Below, in pieces: positions 51,282 to 64,000 of a stretch of 64,000 nucleotides of DNA. The stretch's first letter is position 1. Each line of letters begins with the position of its first letter. The stretch covers positions 99,326,001 through 99,390,000 of the forward strand of contig CM059432.1 of the NCBI GenBank assembly GCA_030390025.1, written 5' to 3'. Source of the stretch: Squalus acanthias. Taxonomy: Eukaryota. Under the pieces are notes generated by a model. That model did not search any database and had not been told where the DNA came from. It saw nothing but the letters and a program-made list of their open reading frames with translations. A program made the position numbers and the translations under genes.

Positions 51282-54115
51282 ATGTCGCAAGGAGCAAGAT
51301 AGAGGGCTCCCAGGTTCTCCGATGCGGCACTGGAGGTCCTGGTGGAGGAGGTAGAGAGGAGGGGGGAATGTCCTCTACCCGCAAGGGGGTGGGGGAAGAA
51401 GGCCAGAGAGGCAGCTGATACGCGTGTGGGACGAGATCGCCTGGGAGGTCACAGCCAGGAGTCCTGGCCTGAAGACATGGCTCCAGAAATTTAATAACTT
51501 GACAAGAGTGGTCAAGGTAAGATCACATCTTGTAAAGACACTTCTCAATAACTGCACCACCACCGCCAGCAACGCAACCTCAATACACTTCATTCACCAT
51601 CTAACTATACACTAACATTCACACACTCCACACTATTGCATCCGTCACAGGCACATCTCAGAGCTCTTCAACCATGTGAAGCATCACACACAAATACAGC
51701 TGTCAATACACTCATTCACAATCACCAGGAAAAATTAGCATGTAACGGGTGGCAGCAGGACCTGACCGATGGAGGGGAAGCACAACTTCATGATATCACT
51801 GTCCTTGTGGAGGCAGTGCTGGCCATGATCGGGAAGGGAAAGGGAAATGCCGTGGATAGAGGCAGAGCAGGGGGGAATATTGTCTAGATGTATGTGGCTA
51901 CTGCAGCTTCCTTGAAGATGCACAACTATTCCTGATCCCTAATCATCCAAAGCTATCCTCACTTCCAAGCTCCATATGACCTCATCACACACATCCTCCT
52001 ATTGTGGCCACACGCACTGCACCATAACCCTTCCAGCTTTATCATTGCGGGCACCCAGGAGCAAGATCCACCTCACCCCGTGGAGCAGGTTGAGGAGCAA
52101 CAGCCACCTCACCCTCCAGAGCAAGAGGAGGAGGAGGAGGAGAGCGTGGATGAATGCACTACCTCAATGGCTAGCACTGTTGCAGGCACCAGCTCAGAGA
52201 CCGGCACCAGGCGCAACTTGGAGGCTAGGTTAAAAGAGGAATCCTCACAGTGGGACGCACCAGGCACCTAGCGGGCAGCAGCCACGCAGGGTGGAAGGGA
52301 CACCACCGGTGTCACTTTTACCAGGGAGCAAGGTCGCATACTAGTTCTGCTGCAGAGGAGGCAGATGAGGACCTCACAGGGCCAAGCTGCAGAAGAAGGC
52401 TGAGGGGTGCGACAAACCAAATGCTTGGTGCAATGGAGAGCCTGCCTGAAAATCTACGGGTTGTATCTAGGGGGATTACTTAAGAGCATAAGAACATAAG
52501 AAATAGGAGCAGGAGTAGGCCATTTGGCCCTTCGAGCCTGCTCCGCCATTCAATAAGATCATGGCTGATCTTCTACCTCATCTCCACTTTCCTGAACTAT
52601 CCGCATATCCCTTGATTCCCTTAATAACCAAAAATCTATCGATCTCTGTCTGAAATATACTCAACGACTGAGCCTCCACAGCTCTCTAAGGTAGAGAATT
52701 CCAAAGATTCACCACCCTCTGAGTGAAGAATTTTCTCCTCATCTCAGTTCTAAATGGTCGACCCCTTATTCTGAGACTGTGACCCCTGGTTCTAGACTCC
52801 CCAGCCAGAGGAAACATCCTCCCTGCATCTACCCTGTCAAGTCCTGTAACAATTGTGTATGTTTCAATGAGATCACCTCTCATTCTTCTAAACCTAAAGA
52901 ATATAGGCCTAGTCTACTCAATCTCTACTCATAGGACAATCCCCCCATCCCAGGAACGAGTTTGGTGAACCTTTGTTGCACTCCCTCTATGGCAAGTATA
53001 TCCTTCCTTAGGTAAGGAGACCAAAACTGTACACAATACTCCAGGTGTGGTCTCACCAGGGCCCTATATAATTGCAGTTACTCTTATACTCAAACCCTCT
53101 TGTAATAAAGGCCAACATAGCATTTGCTTTCCCAATTGCTTGCTGTACCTACAGGTTAACTTTTAGTGATTCGTGTACAAGGACACCCAGGTCCCTCTGA
53201 ACACCAACATTTCCCAATCTCTCACCATTTAAAAAATACTCTGCTTTTCTATTTATCCTACCAAAGTGGATAACTTCACATTTCTTCACCTTATATTCCA
53301 TTTGCCATGTTCTTGCTCACTCACTTAGCCTGTCTATATCCCCTTGAAGCCTCCTTGCATCCTCCTCACAACTTACATCCCCACCCAGCTTTGTATCATC
53401 AGCAAACTTGGATATATTACATTTGGTCCCCTCATCCAAATCATTGATGTAGATTGTGAATAGCTGAGGCCCAAGCACTGATCCTTGCGGTACCCCACTA
53501 GTTGCAGCCTGCCAACCCGAAAATGACCCGTTTATTCCTACTCTCTGTTTTCTGTCCATTAACCAATCCTCAATCCATGCTAGTATATTACCCCCAATCC
53601 CATGAGCCCTAACTTTGTTTAATAACCTATTGTGTGGCACCTTATTGAATGCCTTCTGAAAATCCAAATACACCACATCCACTGGTTCCCCCTTATCTAT
53701 TCTGCTAGTTACACCCTCAAAAAACTCTAACAGATTCATCAAACACGATTTTCCTTTCATAAATCCGTGTTGACTCTGCCCAATCCTATTATTATTTTCG
53801 AAGTGCCCTGTTACCACATCCTTAATAATAGATGCTAGCATTTTCCCTACTACTGATGTCAGGCTAACTGATCTGTTGTTCCTGTTTTCTCTCTCCCTCC
53901 TTTCTTAAATAGTGGGGTTACATTTGCCACCTTCCAATCCGTGGGAACCGTTCCAGAATCTATGGAATTTTGGAAACTGACAACCAATGCATCCACTATC
54001 TCTATAGCCTCTATCTCTACCTCTATCTCTATAGGGGGATGGAGGAGTCCGCCTCCACCTTGGTCTGTGGCTGAACGCAGAGCCTGGAATCCATCCTTTC
54101 CAGCATGGAGAGGCT
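51282..54115 (+). pseudogene. Harbinger Myb/SANT-like gene remnant (exons ~51282-51516, ~51729-51888, ~52048 onward) interrupted by CR1
   Basis: RAPRFSDAALEVLVEEVE...WDEIAWEV..KFNNLTRVVK followed by donor GTAAG. Exon 3 MESLPENL...RG resumes as MEESAST after the CR1. Confidence 0.75.
52477..54031 (-). mobile_element. CR1 LINE, 5'-truncated, with a 9-bp TSD
   Basis: Octamer tail and RT ORFs 53317-53841 and 52686-52883; TAGGGGGAT duplicated at 52468-52476 and 54032-54040. Confidence 0.92.
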
Positions 54116-54144
54116 AAAAAATGGCCACTGTTCTTTCACAGGCA

Positions 54145-54445
54145 GACATGGCAGGCAATTTGCTCACAGCAAGGTTCCAGAAACAGTAATGGCCAGATAA
54201 TCTGTTTTGGTGATGTTGATTGAGAGTTGAATGTTGGCTTTGTTCTTCTTTAAAAAGTACTATGTGATGTAGTCAGTGGACATGGTGCCCATCAAATTGC
54301 ACCTGCTGAAGGTCATTTGAACAGGCAGATGGGCCCTTGGTTTAACATATCATATGAAATCTATCACTGTGGAAATGCAACACTCTTTTAGTACTGCACT
54401 GAACTGTCAGTCTAGATTATGTGCTCAAATCCTGTACTGAGTTCG
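54145..54445 (-). mobile_element. Decayed SacSINE1-like SINE
   Basis: Reverse-complement similarity to 1680-1960 (CAGATAATCTG, GGTTTAAC, AGTACTGCACTGAACTGTCAGTCTAGATTATGTGCTCAA). Confidence 0.65.
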
Positions 54446-55747
54446 CTCAAGCCGGAGTTAAAATTGCAGTCGGGGTCCAATGGCATCATCAGACCCCGAT
54501 CTGCATATTTAAAGAAGGACTCTGATTGCTTTGGGCGGGTGGCTCTAGGGTGGGTAAAATAAAATGGACCATGTTAACTTTCCACCCAGTTTCAGCCAGG
54601 TGGATAGGGTTAAAATCGCCCCATTGTATTATAGTAATGCTAATCCTAATCCGTCACTGCCAAAATCATACATGAGATCTAATTAGCCCACCGTATCAAA
54701 AATATAGAAAGATTTTTTCCCTACAATTTTTAGATTCAGAAAGTTACAGCTGCCAGTCACAATTTATACTCATGCTGACAATATTATATTATTAATCATT
54801 CTAAGTATTTGCTGCTGGAAATAATCAATATCTGTCTGTGATGAACCAAATACAGCAACAATGTCTCAAAAGGACATCTGAGCCTTTAGACTGACAAGCT
54901 AGCTGTAACCTTCACTGATGGAGCACTGCCTGTGCTTGCCAGCTATTTTACAAATCTAATCAACTATTGATAAGAGAGCTTCACCAACAGCCGATCTATT
55001 ACAATTTTAATTAAAAGCAAGCACTAGCAGTGTTGACTCAGGAATTCATTTTTTAATGAAAAGTAGATTTTAACCTATTCACAAATAACAGAAATGGATC
55101 CAATTCACCTGTTTGAAGTAATATTAATAATAATTTTCAGGTTGAACGCAGTGGCCGTTAATAGTTATCCATTTCAAGTTGATAAACATAATATAGATGT
55201 TTTCAGAGTGAATAATATCATGAAAAATCTGTACATAAGTATGGTTATGCTATTATAATACTTGCAATTCTATTGGGAAGTAAATTAAAAATACTAGGAA
55301 TAATTTGCAATCATTCATGTGCAAATTAACATTGCTGAATCCACTGATAGAAATGACATTTATCGACTAAAGGGAATACATTAATATTTAACATTGCAGG
55401 GTTTTAATTGCAATAACCAAGATAACACCTGAAATCACTCGCACTGCCACATACCTGGCTTAAAATTCTACAGCATTACTAATATCAGTTTGGATTCATT
55501 AGGAAGGTAATTAATAGAGATTTTTTCATCCACAACATTATCTTGACAGTGGCTGTATTTTGGAAAGCTGTTTTAATTGTGTCATAAAATAACCTTCTAT
55601 AGGTTAAGGAGTTTTGAAATGTTGTTAATTACTAGATTATATATTGCTATAATTAACAACTAGGACACTATCAGCAGCAACAGTCACAGATGAAGTTCCA
55701 GTGAGCAGTTGTATATGCATTACAAACAAGGGCAGTGGCCAAGAACT

Positions 55748-56464
55748 GGGGGGAAAATTGGCTCGCACCCCCTTTGGGGCGATAACTTCGCCGGGTCGCT
55801 ACTTATAGCACCCTGAAAAGGTTAGCGCCCCCCGTGCCCAAAATTCAATCATAGCGCCCCAAGCAGGAGGTGGGGCGCTACTTGAAGTGCTCCCCCTCCC
55901 TCTTGCGGCGCTCCCATTGAATATCGGGGCACTACGTGCAGCAGCGCCACGCGCGCCGGCACATAGCGCCGTGGTACTACAGGCCTCCCTCTACTGATTA
56001 AATGGGAGGGGCCTAGTACAGCACGCACCAGGGCCCTGCTGGACCACCGGGGAGCGGGGTGCCGGCAAAAGAGCCCAGCACGCAAGAGGAGTGCCGGGTT
56101 GACGGATTGCTGCTAGCACCCCGCCCGAGGAGACCAGAGGGGGCAGGTGCTGGCAGGCAGCCCAAAAAAATGGCCACCCGTCACCTGCCCTTTAATTATC
56201 GCCGCCCCAGCTGCAAAAACGCCACCCTGACCCTGTCAGACATAGCGTCCAGCGGTAGGTTAGGGGGCGCGAGCGGGGCGCTGCGCACGGAGATGATGTC
56301 ATCGTCGGAGGCGCAGCGCCGTGGGGCGCTACCAGCTACCGGCGCCGCTAACCTGCTGCTGAATATCGCGGGAGGTGTTAGCGGCGCCGCGCCCGGGCGC
56401 TAGTTGCTTTGCGCCCCATTAGCGCCCCTCGGAGGGAGGCACAAAGCAAATGAATTTTTCCCCC
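55748..56464. mobile_element. Harbinger MITE, GC/CpG-rich
   Basis: TIRs GGGGGGAAAATT / AATTTTTCCCCC; repeated TTAGCGCCC subterminal motifs as in copies A and B; no clear TSD. Confidence 0.8.
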
Positions 56465-56912
56465 TAATAGTTTAGCTGAGATCAAGATCTAATAGTTTAG
56501 CAGAGGACACAGTGGCCTCACTCTTCCAAAGGTATAGGTTGAAGTCAATGAGATGGCTGACATAATCTCCTAGTATTTATAATATGATCAAAATATCTTC
56601 AGTATTTAATGATATTAATGTGATTGTTTTGACAACTAGTTAATATGTGATGTTTACAAATAAATGAGTTCCTCTCAGCCATCAATGAGGAAAATTTTGA
56701 TGCTGTTTATAATATTTGCATTAGCAAAGAGGCCAATGTGATTCTGTATTTTGCAGCATAAATACTGCATTTTATTCAATAGCATGTTACAGAATTGTGT
56801 GTCACTGGATGACTACTGCAGTCCTAATTTGAATATCTATTTGGAATGCTATTGAGTATCTGCTTACATCACAGAACATGGAGGGGTGCTGAATGAGACA
56901 CGAAAACATAAC

Positions 56913-57673
56913 AGGACAAATTTTGCTGTAGCAGGGCATCTAACAGCGTCTGCCGTAAATTAGACTTGCCCTTGCACGTTTCGGTGATTAATTTTTTTGC
57001 GTGGCAAGTTTCTGAAAGTGTGAGCTGATAACGGCGCAGCAAGGGAAACAGGGCTTTTGGGATTTGAGTGATCAGATTGAAGGATTGTGAAATTAACAGC
57101 GCAAGGACTGAGAAGGAAGTGTAAATTAGAGTGGGTGAATTCAATGTCAAATCAGGTACAGAAATGAGAAATAAAGAAGGAAGAAAATAAGGAAAAGAGA
57201 GATTGGATTAATAGAGAGAGAAAAAAGAGACAGAAGTAATTTTTTTTTTTAATCAGTTCTAAATTTAACATTTAAAAATCTCAACAACAACTAATACCCG
57301 AAAAAATGAGACTCCACATTTGTAATAGTTAATTTTCAGTGTCAGAGAGGTTAGTTGGCGTAATTAACACTTATCACATTATTAAATTGGTACTTAGACT
57401 GGAATGACAAGATTTAACTTTCTGTGGCGTGTTTAGTTCTACTGCGCAAATACGGCACCTTCACATCATTCAATGCCTTTCAATGGTGAGCCAGAAAGCG
57501 AGATGCCGTTTTCGCGAAGCTAACGGGGGAGCGGCACAACTCAAACAGCAACTTTTGGATTTTTGAGTTTAACCGCAGATCTCCCCCTCACCTGAAGTTG
57601 CTGTACCATTTGTGCATAAATAACAATGAGTGCCATTAGCCTCACCATTATTTTGAGAGGAAGATCTTGGCCA
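56913..57673. mobile_element. Degenerate MITE-like element
   Basis: GC-richer ends around an AT-rich core; right end AAGATCTTGGCC resembles the GGCC..GATTTT-type TIR. Confidence 0.4.
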
Positions 57674-57898
57674 ATATTTCAAATGGGGGAGATCCCTGTC
57701 AGAAGTGTGGTGGGGCAAAACGTCCACTCACCAATCACCAATCACACAAGTGACCAGCGAGTATAGACCTTCTGAAACTAAAATTAGACATGTATTTTAT
57801 TTTATTTATCTATTTGTTAGTAATATTAAGTAGGGTTGGGTAATTACATCTCATGTTGGTCTCTGGAATGCTGGTTCAGGATTAGTGCAATAGAGTAT

Positions 57899-58576
57899 GG
57901 AGAGAAATTCACTATTGCCCCATTTGCGCCAGGCGCTAACGATTTCAAACTTTTGAAAAATTCACCATTTGCGCTCCAAGAAGGAAGTGGAGTGCCAAGT
58001 GCTCCACTTCCTTCTTGGAGTGCAATCGGCAGCAGGCAGGTGCATTGCTGCCGCGTTCAAAGGCTCCTTCCCTCCCTTAGAGGAAAGGGCCATCACTGCA
58101 GGCTTTGCAATATAAAAGTACCTACCTGGACCACCAAGGCAGCCGCGATCCCGCATGATCAGCCCGGCACTCAAGCAGAGTGCCGGGCTGATTGATGGCG
58201 GGCAGGAACCCGCGGAAAAAACTGGAACAAGAAAGGTAAGTTTTTTTTTACTTACCTCAGCCACCTCGCCTTTAATCATCGCCCCCGAAGCGGCCGGCTG
58301 CCCGATGCACGCCTCCTGCAACTGTCAGTGTTACAACCGGCGCTGCTGCAGGGGGCGGAGGTCAATTTCGGGTCCGGAGCGCTACCGGGGCGATGCGCAT
58401 GGTGATGGCATCACAATCTCTGGCGAAATACATCCGTGCGCAATGCCGTAGCGCTGCTGCAAAACTCCCGCCGAATATGGCCGGAGTTGATGTCAGTGCC
58501 GTGCCCGGTTGCAAAGCCATTTGCGGCCCATTAGCGTCCCCTGGGGGTGCTAACAAAGTCACCCAATTTTGCTCCC
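57899..58576. mobile_element. Harbinger MITE (family of 3597-4312)
   Basis: GGAGAGAAATTC left end; shared internal blocks GCGCTCCA.GAAGGAAGTG and GGCTCCTTCCCTCCCTTA.AGGAAAGG. Confidence 0.8.
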
Positions 58577-58897
58577 ATTGTCCTTTTGAGGATATGACCA
58601 GCTAGCTTGTGGCTCTGTATATGCTTGGTGATGCTATATAATTGGTTATGCACCTGTCATCACTCGCATTATGGCCTGCATGCCAAACCCTGCGTTTGAC
58701 TGCATCTCATGGATTCAAGTCTTTTTCACTCTTTGCATTCTTTTTAAAGCAGAAGACCACCCATAGCAGCAGAAAGTTGGTGGGCCCCCAACCTCTGCCA
58801 ACTCACCTCAGATTTTGAAGCTCTGTGGGAGACAGACTATAGAGAGAGATGGAGATGGAAAGGTAGGAGAGCAGGTGCCTGCTGCAGCTTTATTATT

Positions 58898-59640
58898 GGG
58901 CCAAAAATTGATCCCGCTGCGCGAGAGTACGCACTGCGTACTCTCGCGTGTTCTCTCTCCAATTGCCGGTTTTCTGCATGCACTGCGCATGCGCTGAAAA
59001 CCGGCACTTGGTCTTTGGAAAAGGGGGCGGTTCCTCGGTGCACCGCGTGCGCGCTACAGGCTGCGCGCACGCTGTGCACTTAGTGCTTTGGACGCGCAGG
59101 TAAGGACGGAAGATTTTAGAAATGGAGAAAGGAGGAGTAAGACCCACTTTTAACAAGGTAAGTAGTGAATTAAGTATTATTTTGAATTTTTTTTAACAGG
59201 TATATCTTTTTTAGAGACTTTAAAGACAGGTAAGTTTATTTTTATAACTTTTTAAAAGATTTTAAATTTTTTCAAAAATGTAATTTTTTATTTAAAATGG
59301 TTAATTTATTTAACTATACTTATTTTATTAATGTGATGGGTTTTTTTTTAATTTAATTGAGGTTTAGCTGTTATTTTGGGGGGGTGTAAGATTCATAGCT
59401 TTCATAGCACGTATGTGAAACTTATGAATGGAAGATGGTGTGCTGCCATTGGCTCTAACTGAGTCACGTGATCCCACAGCTCGCACGAATTCACTACGCC
59501 GGTGGGATACGCAAGCACTGCCCAGCTGATGTCTGGAACATCAAGTTCGTGCGAGCTGGATCTGAAAAAGCCAACGCGGAGTGAGAGATCGCGCATGCTC
59601 CTTACCCTCGCGGGAACAGAGCGAGATCAATTTCTGGGCC
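58898..59640. mobile_element. Harbinger-like MITE, full length
   Basis: TIRs GGGCCAAAAATTGATCCCGCT / AGCGAGATCAATTTCTGGGCC with TSD ATT. Confidence 0.88.
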
Positions 59641-59744
59641 ATTAAGTTCTGCTTCTCTTCCTGTCATTCTATTAAACGCCACATTACCTGTCAACAAAAT
59701 AGATCATGAACCCTTATGTCGCTCCTTCCACTGAAATAAATGAC

Positions 59745-59988
59745 CAGATAATTATTTTAGGTTTTGGTTGCGGGATAAATGTTAGCCAGAACACCGAGAG
59801 AACTCCCCTGCTGTTCTTCAACTATTACCATAGGATCTTTTATGTCTACCCGAGAGGGCAGACAGGGCCGCAGTTTAACCTATCATCCAAACGACGGCAC
59901 CTGCGACAGTGCATCACTTCCTCAGTACTGCACTGAAGTGCCAGCCTAGATTGTGTGCTCAAGCCTCTGGAGTGGGACTTGAACCCAC

Positions 59989-60019
<31 letters not shown>

Positions 60020-60030
60020 ACATAGGCCAT
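59745..60030 (-). mobile_element. SacSINE1-like SINE, 3'-truncated
   Basis: Reverse complement of the head and Deu domain of 1610-1915 (GGGACTTGAACCC B box; GGATCTTTTATGTC). Confidence 0.85.
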
Positions 60031-61224
60031 TGAGGGGGCACCCAGATGTGAACTGGGGACCTTTTGATTCTTCTTAAAGAAGGAGTAGAGGAGAAAAAAG
60101 AACAATCAGACTGCTCTGCTTGCAGTCGCCAGTACTTTGTCACATGAGCCATCAATTACAAGTCAAGAGTAATGCATAAGTGATGGAGCTGGCTAAAACT
60201 GGCTAAAAAGAAGTAAGAAGAGAAGCTTTAAGGAATGTATTAGATAGTGGCAGGTTGGTGAATGGGAACTTTGTCCTCAGGGGATTTGTGGTGGTGATTG
60301 AGGATACTAGAAGGAACTTAAACTCTGGGGCAATTGAGGCTGTTTGACTTTGATATTACCTTTGCACAAGGACTGCAGCATGAACTTTTATGTTTGATCT
60401 ATAAAGATTAACTGACTTCTAGATTTCATCCTTGATTGAACATAAATGAGTTTGAGCTTGATTTGACCCATGAATGATATTGATGAATTATTGATCCTAG
60501 TATTTGGATTTAAACTTCAATTAAATTATAATTCACATTGATTTTTTAAATACTTTCCAAATGCATTTATTTTATTGTGATTTTTTTCTCACATTTGTTG
60601 TTTTATTGATGGATTAAGTTGAAGAGTGAATGACTTGATGAATTAACAAATTATATGTATTGCATTTTAAAATAAGAACGGGGGCCATATATTCAGAGTG
60701 TTATAATTTTACTATCCAGTTGAAACCAGGCATGATTTTGCAACCTTGACATTAACGGAAAATGAAATAGAATTTAGGCCACTCCACAATTTTTCAGCAG
60801 AGATTAACACAACAGTAATCATTAACCATTAATGAGCTAAAGCACTGATTTATTAAGGGGTGTCTCCACTTAGACTCGGAAGTCATAACCTGACCTTTTA
60901 TTAAAAATATGCAACTTTCATGTTATCTGTCATAGTTGGATTAGGTTTTAATAAAAACACTCAAATTTATTCCAGTCTGGGAAGTGCTGTAAATACACCA
61001 TTTCAAATACCTGCTATGGAACAGGAAGAACAAAAGTCAAAGGTACAAAGGAAAATCCAGTACAGGGAAAGTCTAACCCAACAACAGCTTAAATTTCTAT
61101 TGTGCTCTTCGTGTAGAGAGAGACATCTTATTGTGCATTCTAGGTCATTGAAAGAGAAAGTGGACAATAAAAAGCAGGATGTAAAAAAGAAATAACAGAA
61201 AGCATAGAAAGGGTCATGGGGTAG

Positions 61225-61960
61225 ATGAAAAATAGTATTTTTAGGAAGGTTTTGAAAGTAAGGAGAGAGCTATCAATGAGGAGGGAGTGAGGGAGGAAGT
61301 TCCAGAGGTTGGGGAAGAGTGGCAAACAGAGCAGCCACCAATGGTCGAGCAGACAGAGCAGAAAACAAGGAATTCTCTGCTGTTAGAGGAATAGAGGATG
61401 TATTGAGACATGTAAGGCTGGAGGAGGTCATTGAAGTAAAGCGGCACAAGACATGGAGGCATAGAAAAGTGAGAACAAGGATGTCAAAATCAATTTACTG
61501 GGAAACAGAGCGTCAGTGGAGCTTGACAAGGATGTGGACAATACGTGTGTGGGTCTTTGCATGGGTGAGGATGAAGGCCATAGCATTCTGAGTGAGTTGT
61601 CATCGGTGGAGAGTGAAGGATGGGAGGCCAGCTAGGATATATTGGGGAAGCCCATCCTCAAAATGATAAAAGTATGAATTAGTGTTTTGGCAGCAGCTGC
61701 GGAGAAACGGGGACAAAGGTGGTTAATGTTACGGAGGTGGGAGAAGGTGATATTGGTAATGCAATTGATGTGGGGGGAAGCATGCTCAGCTCTAGATTGA
61801 GCAGTACACCAATACTCCACTCCTCTGGACCTGGCCTGAGGTGGCAGCTGGTTAAGTTGATGAGGTAAAGGCTAACTGTACGTCAGTCCTGATAGGGGCT
61901 GAAGAATGTGGACTTAATTTTACAAGCATTTAACTGAGGAAATGTTGGCTCATTCAGAAC
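61225..61960 (-). mobile_element. L2 LINE ORF2 3' remnant
   Basis: Minus-strand peptides FSHLRNINHLCPRFSAAAAKTLIHTFIILR and LWNFLPHSL...SSLLTFKTFLK, typical of the L2 C-terminus. Confidence 0.7.
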
Positions 61961-62194
61961 TTTGGAGCATGCTCCCGATGAAAATATTGATTATTATTCA
62001 TTGTTTACATTAAAATGATACTTCCTGGTTAATTTCAAACACCTTTATATTTCACAATTGTTAATTTTTTTATGTCAAAAAGGCAAAACAAAGTGACATT
62101 TGGATGATCAACAAAGCAATCAGGCAATCACTATCCCAAAAGTTACCTCAAGTCACACTTTCACATCCAATTCCTCACTATTTTACAGGGACAA

Positions 62195-62521
62195 TGGGCT
62201 CAAAAATCCATAGACCCACTCCTCTAACATAAGTGCGGCAGAGCTGCCTCTGCTAACCTCTGCTACTGACCTAGCTGGACTATCTGGGCTCAGGGCCCAT
62301 CTGCATAGCTTTGGTGGGTGCTTGTGCCAGTATGGGCACATCTTGAGCACCCATCCAAGGAGGGAGAGGCAGGAAATACAGTGTGGAATGTCTGCTTGCA
62401 GGGGTTACTGGCAATTCTCCTCCACAATTGCAGGCCTCGTCTGAGTGTCCACCCCCAGCTGCAACTTTAGCCCTGGACTTACACCAGCAATATGCCAGTA
62501 GGCCCAGGGATTTTTAGACTC
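62195..62521. mobile_element. Degenerate MITE
   Basis: GGGCTCAAAAATCC ... GGATTTTTAGACTC inverted ends. Confidence 0.5.
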
Positions 62522-62635
62522 ACACTGTTCTCCTTCAACCCTCCCTCTCTGCTAAATTCAATGTTGCACTCTTCTCCCCTTCCAAACCAGTTCAGGCTGG
62601 TACTCATTTCCCAGGTCATACTGCCACTACCACCC

Positions 62636-63650
62636 CTACATGGAGAAGCCCGCTATCCTGGCAAAGCCACATGTGCACTCCTCTTGCTTCTCCCTTCTCA
62701 GAGAGAAGACAATGTAATCCCTTCTCCTGGTGAAGAGAGCCTCTGTGACCTCCCGGATGCAGCAATGGACGGCAAACTGGGAGATATTAGCTATGTCTCC
62801 TGCTGCAGGCTGGAAGGAACCGCGGCAATTAAATTGAGGGCCATGGTGACCTTGACTGGTACTGGGAGAGCCGTGTTCACCAGGCTCTCAGGCTGCAGGT
62901 CTGGTTGCAGGAGGTGGCAAAGTTCTGTGACCACCTCTTGGTGAAGCAGAGCCTCCTAATACACTGCTCCTCACCTAAGTGGACGTAAGAGAAGTTCTCT
63001 TGGAAGACTCTAGGTGGGTAAGGCCTCCTGTTGAGAGCCCTCCTGGTCCCTTTTCCGTCTGCGTGCATCTTGTCCTCTTCTTCGCTGCCTCCGCTCCCTC
63101 TCCCAAAGATACTTGAGCGTGAGGGGGACTGCAAGCAGAGCCTCCATGACTGTGAGCAAGTGGTGTGAGCAAAAGCCTTTAAATGAGAATGAAGGAGTTC
63201 TCCACTTGCGCCAACACTCCCTGTCACCTCAGGAACGTGAAACAAGTTTAGAAAGCTGCAAGGATCGCAGAAAGTTATACAGAGCCAATCAAACTGAGAA
63301 ACCATGTCAGCTGCAAGTTGTTGATGATGGTCCCTTTAAATAGCGCTGCTGGAGGCCCCTTCCTGCTACTGAACGCTTGGTCAGCTGGTCGTGATTAACA
63401 CAGGCCGGTAAGTGGAGCGGCGAACACAAAAATGGCAGATTGGGCAACAAGTGAGCATTGCACACTCACTGACCTCACGATCTGCCTAAGCTAAATAGCT
63501 GCAGCGAGCGCAGGCATCGGCAGCGCTGCCGACCTGCCCAAAAAGGCGGCCACCGCAGGACACACTGGAAGCGCGCGGAAGCGAGGCAGCCGCCATTTTT
63601 CCTTCAAAACGGGCCTTAAAGGCCTGCGCTAAACCCCCGAATTTCTAGGC
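62636..63650 (-). mobile_element. Harbinger fragment: TIR plus transposase N-terminal half (ATG 63147)
   Basis: RRALNRRPYPPRVFQENFSYVHLGEEQCIRRL...GFARIAGFS; terminal GAATTTCTAGGC. Confidence 0.8.
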
Positions 63651-63689
63651 TGGCGAGTCAGACAGAAGTGGAGGAATTGATGCCATGTC

Positions 63690-63975
63690 TTGAATTAATT
63701 ACCTTGAACTCTCAGAGCAGCAATAGATTGGGAAATTGAAGCTCACTAGGGAGGAAATCTCAGAGCTTTGTGAAATGCTGGCACCACATTTGGAATAACC
63801 CTGACTTCAACTGCTCTGCTTATGGCTTTTAAAGTGACAGCAGTCATTAATTATATGAGTACTACAATGTCTTAGCACCTGGAGGAATTACAGCTGGATT
63901 GGTCAAGGCAGTCTGTTTACCCCATCAAAGAAGTTACTGAGGCACTATTCTGAAAGCCTGACAGGTTCATTTATT
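63690..63975 (+). pseudogene. Very old Harbinger transposase remnant
   Basis: NYLELSEQQ..LKLTREEISELCEML, TALLMAFKVTAVINY and IKEVTEALF. Confidence 0.55.
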
Positions 63976-64000
63976 GTAAAGTGCAGAGAAACAATTGGTC

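Noticed and set aside
54630..55740. AT-rich, TAAT-rich unique stretches as conserved non-coding enhancers (also ~22200-22700, 39200-39520, 43500-44460)
   Set aside because: Conservation cannot be assessed from one sequence, and the motif content is expected at this AT level.
60920..61195. 91-aa Lys/Gln-rich ORF
   Set aside because: No recognisable domain, and compatible with a chance ORF in purine-rich sequence next to an L2 remnant.

Overview
Eukaryotic, repeat-rich window with no recognisable host gene, so probably intergenic or intronic. The repeat set (a SacSINE1/DeuSINE-type tRNA SINE, CR1 LINEs with octamer tails, Penelope termini with minimal hammerhead motifs) points to a vertebrate, most likely a cartilaginous fish; the taxon is inferred. 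The window is dominated by PIF/Harbinger DNA transposons: several decayed two-gene elements (HARBI1-like DDE transposase plus a convergent three-exon Myb/SANT-like gene), internally deleted derivatives, and many MITEs with GGG..AAATT-type TIRs and 3-bp TSDs. It also holds CR1, Zenon-like CR1, L2 and Penelope retroelements and a possible LTR at the left edge. I see no prokaryote-type system or CRISPR array. The most interesting observations are: (1) a single-ORF LINE carrying a tRNA-like Pol III head, with a SINE sharing both of its ends; (2) a 221-bp near-identical tract with a shared frameshift between two LINE copies 17.7 kb apart (gene-conversion signature); (3) a Penelope hairpin containing a minimal hammerhead ribozyme motif; (4) a 104-bp inverted templated insertion inside a Harbinger transposase; (5) a tail-to-tail fusion of two Harbinger Myb-side ends. 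All coordinates were read by eye and family names come from motif recognition, not database searches.
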